Of a stretch of 64,000 nt of DNA, positions 50,393 through 58,856 are shown in pieces; the stretch's first letter is position 1; every line of letters begins with the position of its first letter. The notes beneath the pieces are model-generated. The model did not search any database, was not told the origin of the DNA, and saw only the letters and a program-made list of their open reading frames with translations. Made by a program: the position numbers and the translations under genes. Source of the DNA: an uncultured Methanolobus sp. (lineage in GTDB: Archaea > Halobacteriota > Methanosarcinia > Methanosarcinales > Methanosarcinaceae); assembly GCA_963675495.1 (NCBI GenBank), contig OY776215.1, positions 608,001 to 672,000 of the forward strand, read 5' to 3'.

Positions 50393-51478
50393 ATGATACC
50401 CATTGCAAAACCACAGCTTGATGATGCAGAGGTCAAGGCAGTAAGCGATGTGCTTCGCTCAGGAATAATAGCTGAAGGACAGCGTGTGGCACAATTTGAG
50501 CAGGAATTCGCTGAATACGCAGGTACGGAATATGCAGTTGCCGTTAATTCTGGTACTGCAGCCCTTCATGCTGCTTTACTTGCCCATGGCATAGGCAAAG
50601 GTGATGAGGTTATCACCAGTTCTTTTAGTTTTATAGCCACTGCAAATTCAATACTTTTCACTGGTGCAAAGCCAGTATTTGCAGATATCGAAGCCGACAC
50701 ATTCAACCTTGACCCTAAGCTTATCAAGGAGAAAATTACCCCTGCAACAAAAGCCATTATGCCTGTGCATCTCTATGGTCAGCCTGCAGATATGGATCTA
50801 ATGACAGATATGGCAGAGGATCATGACCTTATCCTGATAGAGGATGCATGCCAGGCACATGGAGCCACTTACAGTGGCAAAAAAGTTGGTTCTTTTGGTA
50901 CCGGAGCATTCAGTTTCTATCCGACAAAGAACATGACGACCAGCGAAGGTGGTATGATCACCACAAACAAAAAAGATGTGGCAGACAAAGCACGTATGAT
51001 ACGCTCACATGGTTCAAAACAACGGTATCTGCATGAGATACTCGGATACAACCTGCGCATGACAGATATCTCAGCAGCCATTGGACTTACACAGCTCAAA
51101 AAGCTTTCAGAATATACATCTAAAAGGCAACACAATGCAAAATTGTTCACTGAAAACCTCAGGGACATCAACGAAATACAATGTCCTACGATCAGGGAAA
51201 GGTGCAATCATGTCTTTCACCAATATACCATTAGAACCAAGAACCGTGACTCTTTAGCAGAGCATCTTAAGAACAAAGGCATTGGAACAGGCATTTACTA
51301 TCCAATACCCATCCATAAGCAGCCATATTACAAAGATCTCGGATACAGTGACAATCTGCTGGTGACAGAAAAAGCTTCCAGGGAAGTGCTCTCCTTGCCA
51401 GTACATCCAGGAGTTACGGATGAGGACATCACCACCATAAGCAATACTATCAGAGACTGGAATGATTCAAAATGTTGA
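50393..51478 (+). CDS. DegT-family aminotransferase (WbpE-like)
   Basis: NSGTAALH, EDACQAHGA, SFYPTKNMTTSEGG, GYNLRM. Confidence 0.92.
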   Translation: MIPIAKPQLDDAEVKAVSDVLRSGIIAEGQRVAQFEQEFAEYAGTEYAVAVNSGTAALHAALLAHGIGKGDEVITSSFSFIATANSILFTGAKPVFADIEADTFNLDPKLIKEKITPATKAIMPVHLYGQPADMDLMTDMAEDHDLILIEDACQAHGATYSGKKVGSFGTGAFSFYPTKNMTTSEGGMITTNKKDVADKARMIRSHGSKQRYLHEILGYNLRMTDISAAIGLTQLKKLSEYTSKRQHNAKLFTENLRDINEIQCPTIRERCNHVFHQYTIRTKNRDSLAEHLKNKGIGTGIYYPIPIHKQPYYKDLGYSDNLLVTEKASREVLSLPVHPGVTDEDITTISNTIRDWNDSKC

Positions 51479-52410
51479 AAGTTGGAGTTATCGGCGCCGG
51501 AGCCATGGGAAAGAACCACATACGCATCTACAGTGAAATGTCAGGTGTGGAACTTGCAGGCATCTCAGACATTGACAGGGAACTTGTGGATGGACTTGCA
51601 AAGCAGTATCATACAAAGGCTTTTACAGATTACAAAGAACTTCTTGCTGAAGGACTTGATGCCGTAAGCATTGTGGTCCCTACAAAAATGCACAGGCAAG
51701 TGGCCATAGATGCTATCGATGCCGGTGCACACGTACTGGTAGAAAAACCAATTGCTGACAGCGTTGAGAATGCACGAGCCATAATTGAAGCTGCTAAAAA
51801 CAACGATCGTCTTCTGATGGTGGGACATATCGAGAGGTTCAACCCCGCTGTCATCAAATTAAAAGAAATAATAGATTCAGGCCTGCTTGGTAAGATCGTC
51901 TCGATATCCACAACAAGGGTCGGCCCTTATAATCCCAGAATAAGAGATGTAGGAGTCATACTGGATATCGGTGTGCATGATATTGATGTCATTTCCTACC
52001 TCTACGGTACACATGTCAACCAGGTATATGCTGTAGCTGGTGCAGACATCCATTCCTTTGAAGACCATGCCACCATCCACATGCGCCTAAACCACGCGTT
52101 TTCCGGTCTTGTAGAAGTGAACTGGTTGACCCCGCACAAAGTCAGAAAGCTTACAGCCGTGGGTGTAGGTGGCGTTGCTTACCTGGACTACATCGACCAG
52201 ACAGTGGAACTGCATGATAGCGGATGGGTAAGGAAAGCAAAGATAGAGTTTAAAGAGCCCCTTAAAAATGAACTTGAATACTTCATCGATTGCATTAACA
52301 AAGGAAAGCAACCTGAACCTTGCGGAATGGACGGCAAGCACGCCCTAAGAGTAAGCCTGGCTGCTATCAGTTCCTACAAAGAAGAAAAATTAATAGAAAT
52401 AAATGAGTGA
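51472..52410 (+). CDS. Gfo/Idh/MocA oxidoreductase (WbpB-like UDP-GlcNAc(A) 3-dehydrogenase)
   Basis: GAGAMG, VEKPIA, GHIERFNP, DIGVHDID. Confidence 0.88.
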   Translation: MLKVGVIGAGAMGKNHIRIYSEMSGVELAGISDIDRELVDGLAKQYHTKAFTDYKELLAEGLDAVSIVVPTKMHRQVAIDAIDAGAHVLVEKPIADSVENARAIIEAAKNNDRLLMVGHIERFNPAVIKLKEIIDSGLLGKIVSISTTRVGPYNPRIRDVGVILDIGVHDIDVISYLYGTHVNQVYAVAGADIHSFEDHATIHMRLNHAFSGLVEVNWLTPHKVRKLTAVGVGGVAYLDYIDQTVELHDSGWVRKAKIEFKEPLKNELEYFIDCINKGKQPEPCGMDGKHALRVSLAAISSYKEEKLIEINE

Positions 52411-53849
52411 TCATCATGAGTCAAAAACTTGAGAATATACTGGAAGAAAAAGGCCCTATCAAAACCATTGGTGTCATTGGCATGGGATATGTGGGCATCC
52501 CTGCTGCTGCCCTGTTCGCAGATTCTGATAAATTCGATAAGGTATTGGGATTCCAGAGAGATTCAGCCTCATCAGGATATAAGATTGAGATGCTAAACAG
52601 TGGTGAAAGTCCCCTCAAAGGAGAAGAACCCGGCCTTGAGGAATTACTAAAAAAAGTAGTTGAAGCAGGAAAGTTCGAATGTACACCGGATTTTTCAAGA
52701 ATATCCGAAGTGGATGCAATTACTCTGGCCATACAGACACCCTTTGCAGATTCAAAAGCACTAGAACCTGATTTTGGAGCCCTTAAAGAAGGAATCCGCA
52801 ATGTAGGTAGATATCTGCGACCAGGTATGCTCGTGGTACTCGAATCCACCATCACACCCGGAACTACAGAAACCATGGCAAAGGACATACTGGAAAAGGA
52901 ATCCGGTCTTAAAGCAGGCGAAGATTTCGCATTGGCCCATGCGCCGGAGAGGGTAATGGTAGGAAGACTTCTTCGCAATATTCAGGAACATGACCGTATT
53001 GTAGGAGGTATTGACCAGCCAAGCACCGATAGGGCAGTGCAACTTTACAGTCCCGTACTTACAAAGGGCAAGGTCATACCCATGAGTGCTACTGCGGCCG
53101 AGGTAACAAAAACTGCAGAGAACACTTTCAGGGACCTGCAAATAGCAGCAGCAAACCAACTTGCACTGTACTGTGAGACCATGGGCATCAACGTCTATGA
53201 TGTCAGAGCGGGAATTGATAGCCTCAAAGGAGAAGGCATCACCAGAGCCATACTCTGGCCAGGTGCAGGTGTTGGCGGTCATTGTCTTACAAAGGACACA
53301 TACCATCTTGAACGTGGTGTCAAAATGGGAAGTGAAGCCCTTGACTATCCGCAGGATGCGGAATCGATCTATGTACTTGCGCGCAGGGTCAACGACTTCA
53401 TGCCTGTCCATATGTACAATCTGACAGTTGCTGCTCTTAAAAGACTTGATAAGGACATCAAAGGTTCAAAGATCGCTATGTTAGGCTGGGCTTTTATCAA
53501 CGACTCAGATGATGCGCGTAACCCACCTTCAGAACCTTACAGGGATATGGTCATTGAAGCAGGTGCTGAACTGCTCGTCCATGACCCCCATGTCTTGAAC
53601 TATCCAGATGTTGAGATACATAAGGATATAAAAGAGGTAATTTCAGGTTCTGATGCAGTAGTGATCTTCACCGGCCACAAAGAATACTTTAATCTGAAGC
53701 CTGATGACATAAAGAAAATGACAGGTATGGAAAATACTGTAATTATAGATGGTAGGAATGTAATAGATCCTGATCTATTTATCAATTCAGGCTTTGTGTA
53801 CAAGGGTATAGGCCGAGGCGACAAGAATGGTCACGAGATCATAAGCTAA
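52407..53849 (+). CDS. Nucleotide-sugar dehydrogenase (WbpA/WecC-like)
   Basis: GMGYVG, ESTITPGTT, HAPERV, KTAENTFRD, PGAGVGGHCL, DGRN. An alternative ATG lies at 52416. Confidence 0.9.
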   Translation: MIIMSQKLENILEEKGPIKTIGVIGMGYVGIPAAALFADSDKFDKVLGFQRDSASSGYKIEMLNSGESPLKGEEPGLEELLKKVVEAGKFECTPDFSRISEVDAITLAIQTPFADSKALEPDFGALKEGIRNVGRYLRPGMLVVLESTITPGTTETMAKDILEKESGLKAGEDFALAHAPERVMVGRLLRNIQEHDRIVGGIDQPSTDRAVQLYSPVLTKGKVIPMSATAAEVTKTAENTFRDLQIAAANQLALYCETMGINVYDVRAGIDSLKGEGITRAILWPGAGVGGHCLTKDTYHLERGVKMGSEALDYPQDAESIYVLARRVNDFMPVHMYNLTVAALKRLDKDIKGSKIAMLGWAFINDSDDARNPPSEPYRDMVIEAGAELLVHDPHVLNYPDVEIHKDIKEVISGSDAVVIFTGHKEYFNLKPDDIKKMTGMENTVIIDGRNVIDPDLFINSGFVYKGIGRGDKNGHEIIS

Positions 53850-53877
53850 AAAAATAAAAAATGAAGCAAAACCAGGT

Positions 53878-54507
53878 TTATTCCTGGTCCTTATTACTCT
53901 TTTTTCGTTGCATGCTTATAAGTACCAATATAACGAAGATTACCTGTGCAATTGTCACCCCTATCCCGTCAGCCAACAGATCATGCAAACTGGATGTACG
54001 GCCTGGCACAAATGATTGGTGAAATTCGTCTGTAATTCCATAGATCACACCAAGTAGCACCGCGAAGATGGCTGCATATTTCCGCAATATGGTGTTTTCA
54101 GAGTTTCGGAACGTAAGATGCAATAGTATACCAAGACCAAAATACAGGACCATATGGGCTAGTTTATCGACATTTTCATACGCATACTTCGCAATGTCGA
54201 TCAAAAAAACCAAATCCATATCTTTGGCTATCTCCGCAAACTCATACAAAATTGGCATATTGAATACCGCGGAAGGAACACTTATGTCAGACTGGGAAGA
54301 TAAATAAAATATGAATCCTGCATATAGTATTGTAATTATAATGAAAACGTTCTTCCTGATCTTACTGTAATCAGATGAAACTATGTAGGAAGCAAGATTG
54401 AGCAGCGACTGCAAAACATAGAGAACATGAAGAGCTAAATAAGCAACATGCCTGTTTTTCATTGGATTACACATAAAATATTGCCTGTTTTTCATAGGAT
54501 TACGCAA
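53878..54507 (-). CDS. VanZ family membrane protein (start uncertain)
   Basis: IFYLSSQ, DKLAHMVLYFGLG, DEFHQSFVPGRTSSLHDLLADGIG. Confidence 0.8.
   Translation of the reverse strand: MRNPMKNRQYFMCNPMKNRHVAYLALHVLYVLQSLLNLASYIVSSDYSKIRKNVFIIITILYAGFIFYLSSQSDISVPSAVFNMPILYEFAEIAKDMDLVFLIDIAKYAYENVDKLAHMVLYFGLGILLHLTFRNSENTILRKYAAIFAVLLGVIYGITDEFHQSFVPGRTSSLHDLLADGIGVTIAQVIFVILVLISMQRKKSNKDQE
54449..54506. repeat. Direct repeat pair at 33-bp period
   Basis: TGCCTGTTTTTCATTGGATTACACA (54449) and TGCCTGTTTTTCATAGGATTACGCA (54482). Confidence 0.8.
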
Positions 54508-54544
54508 TTATCTTGCTTGTTAGATGATTGCAAGGTTAAAATAT

Positions 54545-55456
54545 TTATCTGCTAGTTAGGCCTATTACCTCTTCAAGGCCTTTGTAAAGCTCTACAACTG
54601 GCTTAAAGCCTATTCCCTTTGACTTTGATATATCGGAATAACTGTCCTTTATATCGCCTGGCATCGTATCTCTGAATTCGATATCCATGTCCTGGCCAAA
54701 TATATCCAGAATCATTTGTGCAAGTTCATTGATGCTCGTGACTTTGCCTGTACCTACGTTATAAACCTCACCGTTGTTCCCTTTACCATTAACCAGCAGC
54801 TGGATCATATTAACAACATCATGAGCTGAAACAAAATCCCTTGTCTGTGTACCGTCCCCAAAGACAATAGGAGGAAGATTGTCCCTTACGCGACTTATGA
54901 ATTTGGATATGACTCCAGAATAGGGGTTTGAGGGATCCTGCCTGGGGCTGTATATATTAAATGGTCTGATACAAACCGATGGCAGACCATAAGCCTTATT
55001 GTACATACAACAATACCTTTCACCGCAGAACTTGCTAGCTCCATACGGTGACATGGGGTTTTGAGGGTGTTTCTCATCAATAGGAAGATATTCAGGATTT
55101 CCATAAACAGCTGCTGAACTTATATAAATGAATCTTTCAATGTTACCGGCACGTGCACCTTCAAGCAGGTTGAGAGTTCCAAATACATTATTATCAGCAT
55201 CATATAGGGGATCATCCATAGACTTTGCCACGCTTATCTGGGCTGCTGTATGAATAATGACATCATGCTTGCTAGCCAATTCTTTTGCTGCAGGTGATCT
55301 GATATCTTCTTTTATAAAATCTACATTGTCAGGAAGTAAAGGTGTTTTTCCTGTTGAAAGGTTATCAAGAACCGTAAGCTCATAATCATCTTGCATCAGA
55401 TCCACAATATAACTTCCAACCTGGCCAATACCACCAGTAACAAGAACTTTTTTCAT
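54545..55456 (-). CDS. NAD-dependent UDP-sugar 4-epimerase (GalE-like)
   Basis: TGGIGQVG, SSAAVYG, SPYGASK, FNIYSPRQ, GDGTQTRDF. Confidence 0.9.
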   Translation of the reverse strand: MKKVLVTGGIGQVGSYIVDLMQDDYELTVLDNLSTGKTPLLPDNVDFIKEDIRSPAAKELASKHDVIIHTAAQISVAKSMDDPLYDADNNVFGTLNLLEGARAGNIERFIYISSAAVYGNPEYLPIDEKHPQNPMSPYGASKFCGERYCCMYNKAYGLPSVCIRPFNIYSPRQDPSNPYSGVISKFISRVRDNLPPIVFGDGTQTRDFVSAHDVVNMIQLLVNGKGNNGEVYNVGTGKVTSINELAQMILDIFGQDMDIEFRDTMPGDIKDSYSDISKSKGIGFKPVVELYKGLEEVIGLTSR

Positions 55457-55579
55457 GAATCTATGACTGTAAACTAAATATATTAAATTACCCTACACAA
55501 AAATAACAATTTATTGATAAAAAAAGAGATTCCCAGGTCCTGTATGAAAAATATTCGAACCTGGAAGACAACTTAGAAC

Positions 55580-55720
55580 CTAGGCCAAACCCTCGGAAAC
55601 ACTTTCAAAAGTAGCACGCTCCATACAATGAAGGGTGCAGAACATTTCTTCACGAGCAAAGCTCTCATAAACATATATAGGACTACCACACATTGCGCAT
55701 TCTTTCTCTACTAATTTCAT
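55580..55720 (-). CDS. Small zinc-finger/TRASH-like protein (46 aa)
   Basis: Not in the ORF track. MKLVEKECAMCGSPIYVYESFAREEMFCTLHCMERATFESVSEGLA has CxxC...FCxxxC; strong AGGTGG RBS. Confidence 0.7.
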   Translation of the reverse strand: MKLVEKECAMCGSPIYVYESFAREEMFCTLHCMERATFESVSEGLA

Positions 55721-56057
55721 TGTACCACCTAAAATGCCTGACATAAGTAACACGTTGTGTACACATCAAAGCATTAGCTATCTATAACGACAATAACCCA
55801 ATTGTCATATTAAACTAGGAGGATACTACTATATAAATTTATGTCTGATGCTAAAAGTGATACTCATAATGATGAATTGAAAATAGCAACAATAAATCAG
55901 AAATATGAAATAAAAAAGGAGCTTGAATCTGGTATTGTATTTGAAAGAAATTAATACAATTTATATCCTGACAGCATTAAATACATATACAATTAAAATA
56001 TAGAGCAAATAGATTTTAAAAAAGAATCATATTCATATAAAACAGAGGATTTTAACT

Positions 56058-57038
56058 ATGCTGGATCTTGAATCACCATCAACACTAGTGGCCTTGGTCC
56101 TTGCAAGTAATTTTCTGGCGCCATTTCTAGCAACTTTTATTTCAATGCCATATTTCATTAAAAAGCTAACTGAAAGAGGTTTCATTGTCAGGGATTATTA
56201 CAAAAAAGAAATGACAATGATCCCGGATAGAGGTGGCATTGCCATTCTTCTTGTTGCCATGGTATGTTTTTCATTGAACACGCTGTTTTTCAAATTCTCT
56301 ACGACAAATTATGTTGCCCTCATAGTAATAGCCATGTTCGGGTTATTTGGAATATTGGATGATATGATAGATATTGGAAGAGTGACCAAACTTCTTCTTA
56401 TGTATTATTGCTCCTACCCATTGATACAGTATGCAACACATACTGCATTTACACTACCTAATGTTGGAAACATTGAACTTGGTATCCTGTACTTGCAATT
56501 TATCGTACCGACCTATGTTTTGGTGGCATCCAATCTTGTGAACATGCATTCTGGTTATAACGGTTTGGCCTCTGGGCTTTCCGTAATCGTGCTTTTATCA
56601 CTCATTATCAAATCAGTATTATTGGGAGATGTTGACCATATCATTGCAATTGTAAGCATAACAGGAGCAACTCTTGGTTACTACATGTATGATAAATATC
56701 CATCACAGATATTTTGGGGCAATGTGGGTTCACTTACCATAGGAGCTGCGATAGGAACCATCATAGTATTACAGGGATTCATCATAAGTGGTTTTATTAT
56801 GCTAATACCCCATACGGTGAACTTCCTTATGTATGCTTACTGGAGAGCAATGAAATTCCCTGAAGCAAAGTTTGGAAAGGAAAGAGAGGATGGAACTCTC
56901 GAAGTACCAAATCCACTTACTCTGAAATGGGTATTACCTTACTATCTCAGAATCACAGAAAAGCATGCCACATGGGCAATGTATGCCTTAACGGGCTTAT
57001 TCTGCTTGATGGGGATCTTTTTGCCGGGAAGAATATGA
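56058..57038 (+). CDS. MraY/AglH-like polyprenyl-phosphate HexNAc-1-phosphate transferase
   Basis: PDRGGIAI, GILDD, SNLVNMHSGYNGL, IFWGNVGS; multi-TM. Confidence 0.85.
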   Translation: MLDLESPSTLVALVLASNFLAPFLATFISMPYFIKKLTERGFIVRDYYKKEMTMIPDRGGIAILLVAMVCFSLNTLFFKFSTTNYVALIVIAMFGLFGILDDMIDIGRVTKLLLMYYCSYPLIQYATHTAFTLPNVGNIELGILYLQFIVPTYVLVASNLVNMHSGYNGLASGLSVIVLLSLIIKSVLLGDVDHIIAIVSITGATLGYYMYDKYPSQIFWGNVGSLTIGAAIGTIIVLQGFIISGFIMLIPHTVNFLMYAYWRAMKFPEAKFGKEREDGTLEVPNPLTLKWVLPYYLRITEKHATWAMYALTGLFCLMGIFLPGRI

Positions 57039-57067
57039 ATAATTGTTTTCCCAAACAAACCTTGTGA

Positions 57068-57766
57068 TCATAACATAAAACCATCTATTCCGGTTACGTA
57101 TTTAGAGTTTTTAGTAATCCTATAAGGAAAAATATCCGTTATTGAGCTTGCAAAAGCTTCGTGTTCTGAAGAATACTTGATCTCTACCACTACAGAATTA
57201 TCTTCAGTATGCTTCTCTAAAAAAGAATTACCGTTTTTCCTTAATTTGTAATATTGCAGATCAAAATCGATTGTTACCCTGAATTTACGATCGGACGACA
57301 AGAAATATTTGCGATTATAATGATTAAGGAGAGAAAAATTCATCTGACAAAGATATTCTTTCAGATTATCCGGTATATCTGAGCGCAGAAAAATCTCTTG
57401 TTGTTCTTTTAGTGAAAAATTGGAATCAAGAATAAAAGATTTAAGAGGAAATATCTTTTTACAGCTGACAAGATTTTTTTTGATCTTTAATTCAAGAACT
57501 GGTTTTTCTATTTTACCTAAAATATCCCCGTACCATCTGACCCTTACCTTTAAGCGATTACTCAATCCGTCAACATTATCAAAATAATGTTGCATTGAAG
57601 GAGTATCAAAATAAATATTATTCACAGAACGTAAAGGATATACCTCTGTGAACATAGCAGGATGACATTTTATAATAGATTCTACCTCATACCTGCTCAA
57701 ACCAGTGATCAACGATTTCTTTTCATACCGATACTCATCTGAAGCCAAAAGATCCTCAATTAACAC
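57068..57766 (-). CDS. VTC/polyphosphate polymerase domain protein (CYTH-like)
   Basis: RYEKK, VNNIYFDT, RLKVRVRWY, LELKIK, YNRKY, RVTID, VVEIKY, SKY. Confidence 0.85.
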   Translation of the reverse strand: MLIEDLLASDEYRYEKKSLITGLSRYEVESIIKCHPAMFTEVYPLRSVNNIYFDTPSMQHYFDNVDGLSNRLKVRVRWYGDILGKIEKPVLELKIKKNLVSCKKIFPLKSFILDSNFSLKEQQEIFLRSDIPDNLKEYLCQMNFSLLNHYNRKYFLSSDRKFRVTIDFDLQYYKLRKNGNSFLEKHTEDNSVVVEIKYSSEHEAFASSITDIFPYRITKNSKYVTGIDGFML

Positions 57767-58856
57767 TCTTACCCCTCTTAAACAAATAAACTATCAGCAA
57801 GATTCCAAACATAAACCCAAAGGAAACGAAAACACCATATTTGAACCCTCCGCTTGAAATAATGGCTTTGAACTTATTGTATTTTACATGTTGAACAGTA
57901 GAATAATGATTTTCCCAGTATTCAACATCATATGTGGTTACATCTTCTTCTATATCCATATTTGTCAGAGATGTTGCTTTGAATTCTACATCCCCATCAC
58001 CTTTCACAAAGGCCTTGATAACAGCGTCACTACGTATATCACCCATAGCAGCTGAAATATAGGTTATATTCTCATGTTCCCTGTCCTCATGATAGAATAT
58101 GGGTAAGGAGTACCATTCAAATTTTTGGATTCCAGTATCTCCTGCAAGCATATATACATTCTTTACTTCTGAAAGACTTATAATTGCAGGCATAATGGTA
58201 TCTTTGAAATTTTCATCATAAGCAACATCTGTATTTTTGTATTCATCAAGAATACTGAGATCATCATTGTTCTTACTCCATAGAGTCTTGTGCATCATGA
58301 TGAAAACATTATCAATTTCCGGAGAATCCATTGTTTCATTTATAGAATTCATAAGGAAATCATATTGATCACCTGTTATTTCGCCCCATGTGAAATTACC
58401 ACTGTTCAATGCTATGTACTTATCAGAACCATAGGTGAATTCATAATAACGAGGAATTCCAAAATAATCATCATAAGACTCGTCTATTTGGTCGTGGTTT
58501 CCAATTACATTTACCAGAGGTTTTGTAACGTCTGTTGCTATAGAGGCCTGGAAATTCTCAATAAGGTGGGGATCTGTCCTTATGTAGTTATCACCAAGTA
58601 GTACCATAAAAGATGCATTGTCCTCGTTGAACATGTCAATGTTCGTTAAAAATGAACTGGCAGGATATGAAGAAAGAGATCCCGGTGAGCCATAGGGATG
58701 CCCGACAAAAAGGAACGAATAGTTTTGCGGACCTTCCGGCAAATAAAGGGGAACATCATTAATAGTATCATTAAAATATGCTGCTGAAGCTGTTGGACTT
58801 AAACAACATGCAATCAGCAAGAATAGTATCAATACACTTGAATATTTAGTTTTCAT
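57756..58856 (-). CDS. Secreted, membrane-anchored calcineurin-like metallophosphoesterase
   Basis: Signal peptide, VGHPY, LLGD, IGNHD, MMH, AGD; C-terminal TM. Probable start MKTKY. Confidence 0.7.
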   Translation of the reverse strand: MKTKYSSVLILFLLIACCLSPTASAAYFNDTINDVPLYLPEGPQNYSFLFVGHPYGSPGSLSSYPASSFLTNIDMFNEDNASFMVLLGDNYIRTDPHLIENFQASIATDVTKPLVNVIGNHDQIDESYDDYFGIPRYYEFTYGSDKYIALNSGNFTWGEITGDQYDFLMNSINETMDSPEIDNVFIMMHKTLWSKNNDDLSILDEYKNTDVAYDENFKDTIMPAIISLSEVKNVYMLAGDTGIQKFEWYSLPIFYHEDREHENITYISAAMGDIRSDAVIKAFVKGDGDVEFKATSLTNMDIEEDVTTYDVEYWENHYSTVQHVKYNKFKAIISSGGFKYGVFVSFGFMFGILLIVYLFKRGKSVN

